Translations under genes and position numbers: made by a program
Notes under the pieces: generated by a model
The model's database searches: none
What the model was told of the DNA's origin: nothing
Seen by the model: only the letters and a program-made list of their open reading frames with translations
Assembly (NCBI GenBank): GCA_026395555.1
Contig: JAPLYO010000016.1
Location: 8,412 to 72,411, forward strand
Direction: 5' to 3'
Length of the DNA: 64,000 nt
Source of the DNA: Candidatus Peregrinibacteria bacterium
GTDB taxonomy: Bacteria; Patescibacteriota; Gracilibacteria; UBA1369; UBA12463
Shown here: one piece after another, positions 8,323-18,685 of the stretch
Position numbering within the stretch: the stretch's first letter is position 1
How the letters are laid out: every line of letters starts with the position of its first letter

Positions 8323-11300
8323 TTACTTACCTGCTCGATACGATGGAACTTTCTTCAGAAGGGCAGACGGAAGCTCGGTAGCTCTAGCCGACTTGAAGTA
8401 CTTCTTACGATACGTCGCATAAGGAAGAGGCCGCTTCTTGCCATTCTCGATGATGTAATAGAGGCCACGCCCCTCGAGCTTCAATATCAACCCATTCACG
8501 AGATTAACCGTTGAGGCACCCAAAACGATACCATTCTGCGGTGGTGGAGCGGGGACAACGGGGGTTAGTACCGGCGCGACCACAGGAACAACAGGAGCTA
8601 CAACGGGTGGTGGAGGCGAGGCGACAGGAACTGAGACGGGAGTCGGAGCAGGTGCGGGAGCTGGAACAGGAGGCGGTGGAGGAGGCGCGGCAATAGTCCA
8701 CGTAGCAGCAAGCGCGCTCGTGAGTGGAGTATAGTTTCCGAATGCATCACTGGCGATAACCTTGATGATATGTGAGCCAACTGCAAGCGAGCTCAGGGAG
8801 ATAGGAGTGCCGGCAACTATTTCGGAACTGAACACGTCGGAGTCTTTTGCAAATTTATAGGCGGCTACATCACTGCCGACAACCGTAATGGTAGCCGAAG
8901 TCGAGGTCGTCCCGTCGGCAGGCGTTCCGCTCAAGCTAAACGCCGGAGGAGTAGCGTCTACCGTCCACGAGTAGCTCGTCGCCGTCTCGATAGGTTGAAA
9001 ATTTCCAACATCGTCCTTCGCGATGAATTCAATTTTATGGGATCCATTACTCAGCGCGCTCGTCCCACTCAATACAAGTGGCGCACTCACCGGAGTCTCA
9101 GGAGAAAAATCCTCCGTTCCTATTATCGCATCTAGTCGGATTTTCGCAACGATGGGGCTCGTAAACACCGTAAATGTATCGGTTTTCACCGGTACACCGG
9201 TATTCCCCAGCGAGTCCTGGAATTGAGCAAAGACGTTCCTATCACCATCGGTAGAGCCACAGGCATTACTACCTGACTGAACATCGAAGGTCGTGATCGT
9301 GTCAGCAAAATCTATCGGATCAGAAAAATGAACTCCATCGCAAGAAAGTTGCACCTTCACCCCCGTCACGCCCACGCCGGCATCACTCACCGTAAGGGCT
9401 AGAGATGGCGCCTTGGTCTTCATCGGACTCGATGTCGTCACGGCGATCGTCCCAACAGGCGCCGTAGCATCCACACTCCACGTCACTACGGTTGGATGCA
9501 GCTGAACATTCCCGTGAATATCTTTTCCATACACCAAAAGTGTGTGCGCTCCATCTGACAGATCAGAGAGTGAGAGAGGCTTACTAACATCAGAAAAATC
9601 CGTCAATACCGCACTATCAATCTTATAAGCATAACTAACCACTCCATCGCCCGCCACGGTTATCGTAGCTACTTTATCCTTCGTAAAAACGCCAGATGCA
9701 GGCGTTCCGCTCAAGGTAGCAACAGAAGGTATAACATCATTTGAGGTAACAACCTCACTGTCAGCGATACCATTATTCACCATAAATCGTATACGAACAT
9801 CAGACTGAATAGGTTTTGTTAATGCCTCCAAATCCGCATGATTCAAATCAACATAGAAGGCAAAAGAAGAAGGCGCAGGAGAAACTACCGACGAGGTCAT
9901 ATTCACACTCACACTCAGTGCGGCGGAAGCATCTCCATTGGTCGGAGCCACGAATGTCACTCCACCATCAACACTATACTCAAATTTCTTGAGGGTAACG
10001 GGTAAACCACCAATGGCATCCGTCAGGGTAAACGCAACTGCCAACTTGCCATTACCACTCACTCCGTCATCCTGCAGCATCGTACTGGTTATACCCGGAA
10101 CGGTCGTTAAACCCTTCAGGGCATTATAGGCATTTATACGCTTACCGGTAGCAACCTTCCCTGACAGATGAGAATCAACATCCCCTGTCGCCAAAATATC
10201 ATCGCGAACCTGCGCCATGGTTAAGTTCGCATCATATCCCCAAAGAAGCGCTGCCAATCCGGCTACATGCGGGCTGGCCATGGAGGTGCCACTAAAATAC
10301 GCATAAGAACCTCCTGCAAAAAGCGAAGGAGGAACCGCTCCAAGAACGTGGACACCGGGCGCCCCAACATCTACGTTCGCCGCTCCATAATTAGAAAAAT
10401 CGGCGATATTATCCGTGGAGTCCGTCGCAGAAACCGCAATAATATTGTTCAAGGCGTAATTGGAGGGATAATTCGGAGTAGCAAGATCGTCGTTATTAGA
10501 GCCATTATTTCCGGCCGCCGCTACGAATAATCCGGGAAAATCATGAATCGCGTCGTACTCTGCCTGAGAAAAATTCAAACCTCCAAAACTTGCATTCACT
10601 ATCTTGGCACCATTTTGTTTGGCAAAGTTCAGTCCCTTGATCCAATCACTCGAACTCAAAAATCCATCTTTATCAGCAACCTTTATCGGCATCAGGGAAA
10701 CACTCATGGCTACGCCGGTAACTCCGAGGTTATCATCCCCTTTTGCTCCGATGATACTAGCGACGTGCGTGCCGTGACCATGATCGTCAGTTGGATCGTT
10801 ATCGTTCGCAGGGTCGCTGTCAGGACAACCGGTCTCAATAACGACACCATTATCATCCTTGCATCCACCGGCCTCACTGGAACCATTCCACAAATTAGGA
10901 ACAAGATCTGGATGCGTCAAATCCGCACCGGTATCTAAAACTCCCACTATCACGTTCGATCCCTTGGATATACTCCAAGCTTCTGGGGCATCGATATCGA
11001 CATCAGAAGCACTATGCAAGCTCCACTGATCCGCAAAAAAAGAATCATTAGGAATATACTGAGATGGCGTGGTGTCAAAAACTTTTCTCAAGTAATTCGG
11101 CACCACATACTCAACTCTCGAATCATCCTGAAGTCGATCGATTAACTGCTCGGTAGACTCGTTGGATTTCGAGGTAAGCAGCGTTACGTTTTGAGGAGTG
11201 ATCGTATCTTCTTTCTTCAATCCCTCAGCAAAAACAAAAGAGCTCAGCGAAGCCTTACCACTCACCTGATCAATATCAATTTTCTTCTCTTTGAATTTAA

Positions 11301-11457
11301 CCAAAACTTCTCCATCAACATGTGGCTCATCAATAATTACACTTGGAGATGCTACGACGCTTTGCAAATCCTGAGCCGCGACAGGTGCCACCATCAATCC
11401 GATCAGAAACAAACCAGTCAGAGCGCGTTGTGCCGAAAACCTGTTCCTTATTTTCAT
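8323..11457 (-). CDS. Secreted subtilisin-like S8 protease with Ig-like repeats, Pro-rich linker and small basic C-terminal domain
   Basis: VGVLDTG, HGHGTHVA, AAAGN, GTSMASPHVAG; signal peptide ending VAAQ; repeated W(S/T)VDAT.P / LSGTP units; PPPPPPVPAPAP linker. Start placed at MKIRNRF. Confidence 0.92.
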   Translation of the reverse strand: MKIRNRFSAQRALTGLFLIGLMVAPVAAQDLQSVVASPSVIIDEPHVDGEVLVKFKEKKIDIDQVSGKASLSSFVFAEGLKKEDTITPQNVTLLTSKSNESTEQLIDRLQDDSRVEYVVPNYLRKVFDTTPSQYIPNDSFFADQWSLHSASDVDIDAPEAWSISKGSNVIVGVLDTGADLTHPDLVPNLWNGSSEAGGCKDDNGVVIETGCPDSDPANDNDPTDDHGHGTHVASIIGAKGDDNLGVTGVAMSVSLMPIKVADKDGFLSSSDWIKGLNFAKQNGAKIVNASFGGLNFSQAEYDAIHDFPGLFVAAAGNNGSNNDDLATPNYPSNYALNNIIAVSATDSTDNIADFSNYGAANVDVGAPGVHVLGAVPPSLFAGGSYAYFSGTSMASPHVAGLAALLWGYDANLTMAQVRDDILATGDVDSHLSGKVATGKRINAYNALKGLTTVPGITSTMLQDDGVSGNGKLAVAFTLTDAIGGLPVTLKKFEYSVDGGVTFVAPTNGDASAALSVSVNMTSSVVSPAPSSFAFYVDLNHADLEALTKPIQSDVRIRFMVNNGIADSEVVTSNDVIPSVATLSGTPASGVFTKDKVATITVAGDGVVSYAYKIDSAVLTDFSDVSKPLSLSDLSDGAHTLLVYGKDIHGNVQLHPTVVTWSVDATAPVGTIAVTTSSPMKTKAPSLALTVSDAGVGVTGVKVQLSCDGVHFSDPIDFADTITTFDVQSGSNACGSTDGDRNVFAQFQDSLGNTGVPVKTDTFTVFTSPIVAKIRLDAIIGTEDFSPETPVSAPLVLSGTSALSNGSHKIEFIAKDDVGNFQPIETATSYSWTVDATPPAFSLSGTPADGTTSTSATITVVGSDVAAYKFAKDSDVFSSEIVAGTPISLSSLAVGSHIIKVIASDAFGNYTPLTSALAATWTIAAPPPPPPVPAPAPAPTPVSVPVASPPPPVVAPVVPVVAPVLTPVVPAPPPQNGIVLGASTVNLVNGLILKLEGRGLYYIIENGKKRPLPYATYRKKYFKSARATELPSALLKKVPSYRAGK

Positions 11458-11632
11458 GGGGAAAATTAGAAAAACATTAGGGCATGATAATCCCATGATG
11501 CTGCCAAAAAGTCAACGAAACATCTCTCAGTAATTTCATATCATTACATAGAAATATTAGTTGACTTATGCAAGCAATAGGTCGTAGAATCACGACTCGA
11601 CATACGAAATCACGATAAATAAATTTAACTTT

Positions 11633-13375
11633 ATGGCAGAAGTATCACAAAAAAATGGACTCATGATAGAAAATGCAGAGATAAACGCGCCGACACAGCC
11701 AAATACGCGACTATTTGCTAAAAATGGCATAAGTCAAAGCGAACGAGGGTGGATATCCAAGGAAACAATTGCCCCAGAATTCAGAGACCGTCTAGTGCAT
11801 CCAAACAGGAGAGAAAATGATGATGCGGTTTACTGTTACAAAAGCATAAATGGAGAATGGATACCGGAATTACGCACTGAAAATACTAACGCAGCTATGC
11901 ACCAACGAATTGAAGATGATCTCAACAACTCAGCTAATCAGGTAGCAGGCGTTCTTGCACGAGGTACGGATGGGAATGAACTTATGCGGAGATTTCGACC
12001 AAAACCAGCTCGAGGCCGTTCAGCATTCTCAACAATTGTCACGATGCATAGTGATATGAATGATCATTTTGGAAGAGCTCATCTTGGCACTACAGATTCA
12101 TTGCCTATACCAAATTCAACAAATTATACTCGTATCTCAGTTTTTAATGCTCTCAACGATAGAACCACTACTAGTGAAATTGTTCTCGAAACACTCAAGC
12201 CGGGAACTCGTGAAGATGATGAAAAATTTTCTATAGACTCAGTTATATTAAACCAACAAGAAATAGATTTTGAGGGTATCTCATCAGATAATCAAACATT
12301 GGCATTCTATGATCCAATTCGGAAGAAATGGACCGTTCAAACAATTCCATTTGGAATAGTTGGTATGCATCCATACGATGCCAGAAATCATTACATTAAT
12401 GGATTTTTTACGGGAATTATCGCGTATGAAATTAATGGCAATGTATATGCATTTCGACTTGATGAACACATAAAGCGTGCTGTCAGGGATGCAAAAAAAA
12501 CGCAATTTCCATACGTAAGTGAAGACATGCTCTATGCCATGGCAAAAACGCAACTAACCGCTGACAAGCGATGGGTTCCAAATGCCTGTCTCAATATTGA
12601 CGATCCCGACACCGGCAAGAAGGGTATCGGCAATCGCCATTACTTTAGAATTTTCGCCGCGCCAACTCACCTCGGTCCAAAAATCGCGAAACCTGGAAAA
12701 TCACGGAACAAGATGATGGGAGCCATCGGTACCGCCGCAGGCCCATACAAGGACAAGGATATGCTCAATATCGTATTACGAGGTTCACGTCCCGTGAATC
12801 CCGTATTTGCTGCAAATAAATACTCAGGAAGTTATCAGGGTCCAATGGATGACCTTCAGCCATATTTGATGAATGGATACGATGAAGGCCTCTTCAGCGT
12901 CGACACAAATCAAACCGTAGAGGGTCGCCGACTCCAAGAAGGTTCAGGTTGTAATTATATCATAGTGAAGTGTGGAAAAGACGGACAACAGCCAACAATG
13001 CTCATTCCGGATCCGAAGAATCATAGCGATCTTTTGCCTGGGATCACCTGCAAGTCCGTAGCAGAACTTGCCGAGTCATATGGATACAACGTGCAATGGA
13101 AAGATGTTCAAGTTGAAGATATGGAAAATGCCGATGAGATTCTCGCAACCGGAACAGCCATGAGTGTTCGCGGTGTCAATAAAGTCGATTGGGACACAGG
13201 AGAAAAAGACGAAAATGGTAATTCAAAAATGATAATGCAAACAATATTTGATCGTGGTAATCAAAAGACAATGGGAACAGTAGGTCAGCGTCTTTCGGAC
13301 GACATGAAAAGAATTATGAGAGGTCAGCATCCAGATCCTAAATTTAATGCCTGGATGCAGAAAATAGAAAACTAG
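11633..13375 (+). CDS. Class IV PLP aminotransferase (BCAT/DAAT-like) with ~200-aa N-terminal extension
   Basis: FRLDEHIKR, catalytic Lys in NKYSGSY, EGSGCN, LLPGIT, ADEILATGTA. Confidence 0.75.
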   Translation: MAEVSQKNGLMIENAEINAPTQPNTRLFAKNGISQSERGWISKETIAPEFRDRLVHPNRRENDDAVYCYKSINGEWIPELRTENTNAAMHQRIEDDLNNSANQVAGVLARGTDGNELMRRFRPKPARGRSAFSTIVTMHSDMNDHFGRAHLGTTDSLPIPNSTNYTRISVFNALNDRTTTSEIVLETLKPGTREDDEKFSIDSVILNQQEIDFEGISSDNQTLAFYDPIRKKWTVQTIPFGIVGMHPYDARNHYINGFFTGIIAYEINGNVYAFRLDEHIKRAVRDAKKTQFPYVSEDMLYAMAKTQLTADKRWVPNACLNIDDPDTGKKGIGNRHYFRIFAAPTHLGPKIAKPGKSRNKMMGAIGTAAGPYKDKDMLNIVLRGSRPVNPVFAANKYSGSYQGPMDDLQPYLMNGYDEGLFSVDTNQTVEGRRLQEGSGCNYIIVKCGKDGQQPTMLIPDPKNHSDLLPGITCKSVAELAESYGYNVQWKDVQVEDMENADEILATGTAMSVRGVNKVDWDTGEKDENGNSKMIMQTIFDRGNQKTMGTVGQRLSDDMKRIMRGQHPDPKFNAWMQKIEN

Positions 13376-14184
13376 AAGAGAGTGATAGTCGAGACTAAAA
13401 TGATAAAGGTCCCAATAGTATAAAACGTGAGGCGTCGGTCACGATAATGTTGTAGCCAGAAGTATCGAAAGGTAATGTGTGCGAGAAGGAAAAGTATAGC
13501 GTAGAAATATATATGAGCCACGAGCTCAAGTCCACTCATAGGTGATGCGCTATTAGAGGCGACACCATAGTCATCCGTATATCCTCCGTCCGAGTCGGAA
13601 ATAGCTGCCGCGCGACCCTGCTTAGCAAGTGACATTCCTCGAACAGGACTTGCAAATGGTCGTCCAAACATCTGAACCACAATCGTGGTCTGGGCTCCTT
13701 GATATATACCATGAGACGTGCCGACACCAATTTCTGTAAATCGCTTACTCAAGAGGTTATCTCGATGTGCCGTACTCTGCATCCAACTCTCCACTACGCG
13801 CTCGGCCGAGTCATACTGCATCGCTAAATTTTCACCGGCATAGAGAAAATAATACTTCTGCGTATTCATAAAGTTCCATGGAGTTTTTCCATCGGGAGTC
13901 GTATGGGAAAAATACTGATTCCTCAACATATCATCTGCCTTTTCTTGCGCAGCCGCCTGTAATTTGAAAGAAACGGTTAAAGGGTTCACCTTATCAATCT
14001 CCCGTGCATGATTCGTCAACTCAACAATTTTTTCACTGGAAATAACACTCGTAAATACATCGCTCAGCTGAAAGGTAGAGGCCAAAAAACCTCCCGCAGG
14101 AAGCATCGAAACAATGAGCGTTAATTTAAGGGTGAGAAGTCCGAGCGCAACAGCGGTATATTTTTTAGAAAAAGCCTTCATCAT
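13372..14184 (-). CDS. CAP/SCP (YkwD-like) domain membrane protein
   Basis: AAQEKADDM..YFSH, AGENLA, WMQSTAHRDNLL, EIGVG; N- and C-terminal hydrophobic segments. Confidence 0.9.
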   Translation of the reverse strand: MMKAFSKKYTAVALGLLTLKLTLIVSMLPAGGFLASTFQLSDVFTSVISSEKIVELTNHAREIDKVNPLTVSFKLQAAAQEKADDMLRNQYFSHTTPDGKTPWNFMNTQKYYFLYAGENLAMQYDSAERVVESWMQSTAHRDNLLSKRFTEIGVGTSHGIYQGAQTTIVVQMFGRPFASPVRGMSLAKQGRAAAISDSDGGYTDDYGVASNSASPMSGLELVAHIYFYAILFLLAHITFRYFWLQHYRDRRLTFYTIGTFIILVSTITLF

Positions 14185-14251
14185 GCAGTGTTTGTGTTTG
14201 TTGGATTCTATCGCTTCAATAGAACATTATAACACATACAAAGCTAAATGT

Positions 14252-15220
14252 CTATAGCCCAGCTTGATGCATCTCAATGATGAACTTTGCACCACGCTGA
14301 CCTGGATTAGCCTTACTAGGCAAGCCTCCATGCGGCTCGCACTCGATGGTCGCCTCGCTCGGAGCCAGTCGCTCTCTCGCCGCCCCCAAACCAATCCCCG
14401 TACTTCCGGACCCGGAAACACCAAGCTCAAAAATCCTAGGAGCAATATCATCCGCCACACCCTTACCGTCATCAGAAATAGTTAATCGCACCCGACCACC
14501 CTCGATCTGCTCAGAATCCACATCTACCTCGCCCGCCCCACCTCGACCCAAAGCATTCTTAAAAATATTCACAAGTAGTACACCAAAAATACCCTCATGC
14601 ATTTGAACAGAAAAATCATGGGGCAAATGAACAATAGGCATCCTACCGCTGCGACCAACCGCATAAAAAATAGCATGCTGAATAAATGGCTCCAAGGAAA
14701 CAGCCGACGGAGCAACCAAAGAAGGGTCAACCCAAAACTCCATACTCTTCACGAAACATCCAATAAACCACTCAGCATCCTGAACGGTAGAATACAAATT
14801 AGCCACAGAAGGATAAAGACCTGGATCATCAGGGCACTCATTCAAAAGCCTAAAATAGCTTAAAAGAGTACTCAATGGACCCATAAAGTCATGGCGAAGA
14901 AATTGAGCTAAGAAAGGATTTTTCGATTGCAGCCGACTTGACTGAAGAAATGAATAAACCTCAAGAACCTCAGCCAAAGATGAATCAATAATATCAGCTG
15001 ATGCTACATCAGCCTGCGACAAAGCCACGCCCGAAGCACGCGTATGAAACATACCCCTCAGGCGGGTCAGTTCACTCGTATGAAGAAGGGCAAGGACAGA
15101 GGTAATATGAGTTTCAATCTCGGAGTACTCATCGGGAGAAATATGTGGGAGAGAATTTTTGGATGATGCTACATCTGCCGAAGTTGTAGGACCCGTGGAA
15201 GCATTAAGCATAGGGATCAT
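14252..15220 (-). CDS. Soluble orphan histidine kinase (HisKA-like + HATPase_c)
   Basis: H-box RHDFMGPLS, N-box NIFKNAL, G1 SDDGKGV, F-box IFE, G2 GTGIGL-like STGIGL; no TM segment, no response regulator in the window. Confidence 0.8.
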   Translation of the reverse strand: MIPMLNASTGPTTSADVASSKNSLPHISPDEYSEIETHITSVLALLHTSELTRLRGMFHTRASGVALSQADVASADIIDSSLAEVLEVYSFLQSSRLQSKNPFLAQFLRHDFMGPLSTLLSYFRLLNECPDDPGLYPSVANLYSTVQDAEWFIGCFVKSMEFWVDPSLVAPSAVSLEPFIQHAIFYAVGRSGRMPIVHLPHDFSVQMHEGIFGVLLVNIFKNALGRGGAGEVDVDSEQIEGGRVRLTISDDGKGVADDIAPRIFELGVSGSGSTGIGLGAARERLAPSEATIECEPHGGLPSKANPGQRGAKFIIEMHQAGL

Positions 15221-15237
15221 TATAACCAAATCCTCTC

Positions 15238-15304
15238 TTGACTACAAGAAGCCATTTTGGGATACTACACACGCCGAGCAATTCATACTCACCAGGTATG
15301 AATT
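15238..15304 (+). promoter_or_regulatory. suf operon promoter and probable Rrf2 operator
   Basis: TTGACT 15238-15243, 17 bp, GATACT 15261-15266; perfect 9-7-9 inverted repeat AATTCATAC-tcaccag-GTATGAATT 15280-15304. Confidence 0.75.
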
Positions 15305-15329
15305 AAAATATATCACTTTTAGCTTTAAA

Positions 15330-15809
15330 ATGTTTCACCTGACGAGAAAAATTGATTACGGACTCGTTCTACTGCTCGAATTGGCAGAGGGGAGCGAAGA
15401 CGCCATCAAAGCTGAGGCAAAACCCCTCTCGCTTCGCACGCTCGCAAAAAAACGATATCTCTCATTCCTTTTCTTGCAGAAAGTAGCGATGGATCTACGA
15501 AAACATGGCTTAATAGAAGCAAAAAGAGGAAAAGTAGGCGGATATTACCTCACCAAAAAACCTACGGAAATCACGCTCAAAGAGATATTCGAGGCACTAG
15601 AAGGACCCATCTCCGTCATGCACTGCTTGGGAATGACCGTCAAAGAAAATCTCGTTCACGAGGTTGGCTGTCACTCCCGCAAAGCACTTAATATGCTCAA
15701 TGATGATATGAAACAGTCACTTAATAGAATTACGCTCGCAGATTTTCTCAACAACCAGTCCCCTACTCCCATTCTAACCCCTATACGACATGTCACAGCT
15801 CGTCATTAA
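15330..15809 (+). CDS. Rrf2-family (IscR/SufR-like) regulator
   Basis: True start MFHLTRKIDYG at 15330; AKRGKVGGYYL, ITLKEIFEALEGP; heads the suf operon. Confidence 0.9.
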   Translation: MFHLTRKIDYGLVLLLELAEGSEDAIKAEAKPLSLRTLAKKRYLSFLFLQKVAMDLRKHGLIEAKRGKVGGYYLTKKPTEITLKEIFEALEGPISVMHCLGMTVKENLVHEVGCHSRKALNMLNDDMKQSLNRITLADFLNNQSPTPILTPIRHVTARH

Positions 15810-16548
15810 AGATCTTCACGCCAACGTGGAAGACAAAGAAATCTTAAAAGGAATTTCGCTCACGATCAATGCCGGAGAAATCCACACGATCATGGGACCA
15901 AACGGTTCCGGAAAATCAACACTCTGTCACGTACTGATGGGGCACCCAAAATACACGATAACTAGCGGTATCATCACACTTGATGGAGAGGATATTACCG
16001 AATTAAAGCCGGATAAACGTGCGCAACTTGGAATATTCTTGAGCTTCCAATACCCACAAGAAGTTCCGGGAGTAAAGTACCCAAACTTTTTACGACAGGC
16101 AAAAAATGCGCTTCTCGCAGCCAAGAAACTACCGCCAGTCAAGATTCCTGAGTTCGTAAAAGTGGTAAAAGAAAAAATGAAACTCCTGAAATTTCCGGAA
16201 AACTTCATGGAACGTGCGGTGAACGAAGGCTTCTCCGGTGGAGAAAAGAAACGCGCAGAAATTCTGCAAATGGCCGTGTTTGAGCCAAAATTCGCCATTC
16301 TCGATGAAACGGATTCCGGTCTCGATGTCGATGCATTGAAGATCGTCGCCAAAGGCGCTATGGCCATCGCAAAAGAAACACAGTGCGGAGTATTGCTCAT
16401 TACGCACTACCAAAGAATTTTAAATTATATCGCTCCAAATTTCGTCCACATCATGGTCGATGGAAAAATCGCCAAGACAGGCGGAGGCGAATTAGTAGAA
16501 GAAGTAGAGACAAAAGGATACGAGGCTTTCTTAACCACACAAGAATAA
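15790..16548 (+). CDS. sufC: Fe-S cluster assembly ATPase SufC
   Basis: GPNGSGKST, VNEGFSGGEKKR, LDETDSGLDVDA, ITHY. Confidence 0.97.
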   Translation: MSQLVIKDLHANVEDKEILKGISLTINAGEIHTIMGPNGSGKSTLCHVLMGHPKYTITSGIITLDGEDITELKPDKRAQLGIFLSFQYPQEVPGVKYPNFLRQAKNALLAAKKLPPVKIPEFVKVVKEKMKLLKFPENFMERAVNEGFSGGEKKRAEILQMAVFEPKFAILDETDSGLDVDALKIVAKGAMAIAKETQCGVLLITHYQRILNYIAPNFVHIMVDGKIAKTGGGELVEEVETKGYEAFLTTQE

Positions 16549-17967
16549 ATGGCCACCAAACAACAATCACAAATCACAGAAGAACTTACCGATTACAAGT
16601 ATGGATTTCATGATTCTGAAAAAGATTATGAATATAAATCCGGAAAAGGCTTAACGGAAGAAACAGTGCGCATGATTTCCGCCTACAAAAAAGAACCACA
16701 GTGGATGCTCGATTTTCGGCTTAAGGCCTACAAAATCTATCGAGAAAAGCCAATGCCCACGTGGGGCAGTCCATTCTTGCAAGAAATTGATTTCGAAAAT
16801 ATTCATTACTACATCAAGCCGACCGATCGCAAATCTCGCAGCTGGGAAGATGTTCCAGCGGACATCAAAAATACGTTTGATCGATTGGGAATTCCAGAGG
16901 CAGAAAAGAAATTTCTCGCAGGCGTAGGCGCACAGTACGAATCAGAGACGGTGTACCACTCATTACAAAAACATCTTGAAGAGAAAGGAGTCATCTTCGT
17001 CGATACTGATACGGCCGTACAAAAGTATCCCGACATCGTACGGAAGTATTTTGCAACCGTTGTACCAATTCGAGATAATAAGTTAGCGGCACTCAACTCC
17101 GCCGTATGGAGCGGTGGATCATTTGTCTATATTCCAAAAGGGGTACATGTGGAACTTCCACTACAAGCGTACTTCCGTATCAATGCGGAAAATGCAGGAC
17201 AGTTCGAGAGAACATTAATTATCGCAGAAGAAGGCTCATCGGTTCACTACACGGAGGGCTGCACAGCGCCAATCTATGCCACAGACTCACTGCACTCAGC
17301 CGTTGTAGAAATCATCGTGCACAAAGACGCGCGCGTCCAATACACTACCGTTCAGAACTGGTCGAAGAACGTATTTAATCTCGTGACCAAACGTGCCGTC
17401 GCCGAAGAAAATGCAACGATGATGTGGCTCGACTGCAACATCGGATCAAAATTAACCATGAAGTATCCAAGTATTTATTTAAAAGGAAAAGGAGCACGAG
17501 GAGAAATTCTCTCACTCGCTCTTGCCAACAAAGACCAGCATCAGGATGCCGGTGGAAAAATTTATCATCTCGCACCAGATACATCATCCGTGATCAATGC
17601 AAAATCCGTAAGTCTTCATGGTGGACGTACCTCATATCGAGGCATGCTTAATGTCGCCCCAGGCGCAGAGAGAAGCCGTTCGCGCGTCACATGTGACGCG
17701 CTCCTCCTCGACGAGCAGTCCTCTACCGACACCTACCCAACGATGCAGATCGACGAGAACAACGTCGCCATCGCCCACGAAGCAACGGTTACGAAAATCT
17801 CTCAGGAGCAGTTATTTTATCTCATGTCCCGCGGTCTTTCCGAGCAAGAGGCGTCAAATATGATTGTAAATGGATTTCTCGCACCGCTTATCAAGGAATT
17901 TCCCATGGAGTACGCCTTAGAACTTAACCGCCTCATCGCCATGGAGATGGAGGGAAGTGTTGGGTGA
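16549..17967 (+). CDS. sufB: Fe-S cluster assembly scaffold SufB
   Basis: [33 protein letters not shown]-terminal MEGSVG. Confidence 0.97.
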   Translation: MATKQQSQITEELTDYKYGFHDSEKDYEYKSGKGLTEETVRMISAYKKEPQWMLDFRLKAYKIYREKPMPTWGSPFLQEIDFENIHYYIKPTDRKSRSWEDVPADIKNTFDRLGIPEAEKKFLAGVGAQYESETVYHSLQKHLEEKGVIFVDTDTAVQKYPDIVRKYFATVVPIRDNKLAALNSAVWSGGSFVYIPKGVHVELPLQAYFRINAENAGQFERTLIIAEEGSSVHYTEGCTAPIYATDSLHSAVVEIIVHKDARVQYTTVQNWSKNVFNLVTKRAVAEENATMMWLDCNIGSKLTMKYPSIYLKGKGARGEILSLALANKDQHQDAGGKIYHLAPDTSSVINAKSVSLHGGRTSYRGMLNVAPGAERSRSRVTCDALLLDEQSSTDTYPTMQIDENNVAIAHEATVTKISQEQLFYLMSRGLSEQEASNMIVNGFLAPLIKEFPMEYALELNRLIAMEMEGSVG

Positions 17968-18019
17968 TTTTTGCAAAGCAAAAATTTGATCCCGCTCCCG
18001 TTTTTCTCACTAAATTATT

Positions 18020-18658
18020 ATGACTCAACTACTCACCATACCGAAATCAGCCAAGCAAATCATCCTCCAAGATGTGCCCGGATCACATACGATTACACTG
18101 GAAGAAAGCGCAGAACTTCAATATGTACTCTCCTTCAAAAATACTAATCCTGAGGAAAAAAGCGTTATTACGTTCAAACTCAACGGCGACCATGCACGTG
18201 TACATATCATCGGACTTTTTGCAGGGAAAAATTCAGACACGGTGAAATTCGAGACGCAAACGATCCACAACGCCAACAATACATATGGTCATGCGCAGAT
18301 CAAAACCATGCTCAAAGACAAGGCAACCTCTGATTATTTTGGGCTCATTCGCATTGAAAAAAATACCCACGAATCCGATGGCCATCTTTCTCACGACACG
18401 ATGCTTCTCTCGAAACAAGCAAAGTCAAAGTCTGTTCCAGCGCTTGAGATAGAGGCAAACGACGTCAAGGCAGGACACAGCGCATCCGTAGGTCAGGTCG
18501 ATGAAGAGACTATTTTTTATCTCTGCTCACGTGGGCTTAGCGAAGACCAAGCACGAGAATTAATGATAGAAGGATTCTTCGAAAGTCTTCTCGGACAAAT
18601 AAACGATGACAAGATAGCCACACAAGTGAGAGAATCATTACAGAGCACTCTACTATAA
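18020..18658 (+). CDS. sufD: Short SufD-family protein
   Basis: PALEIEANDVKAGHSASVGQVDEETIFYLCSRGL; only the C-terminal beta-helix part is present. Confidence 0.88.
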   Translation: MTQLLTIPKSAKQIILQDVPGSHTITLEESAELQYVLSFKNTNPEEKSVITFKLNGDHARVHIIGLFAGKNSDTVKFETQTIHNANNTYGHAQIKTMLKDKATSDYFGLIRIEKNTHESDGHLSHDTMLLSKQAKSKSVPALEIEANDVKAGHSASVGQVDEETIFYLCSRGLSEDQARELMIEGFFESLLGQINDDKIATQVRESLQSTLL

Positions 18659-18685
18659 AAGATATTTTCGTTTAACCCACATCAT

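Noticed and set aside
15159-15329. Long N-terminal extension of Rrf2 in the ORF track (likewise sufU from 20065, the YqeY gene from 30260, ABC from 6058)
   Set aside because: These upstream starts overlap promoters or neighbouring genes; family-typical starts lie downstream.
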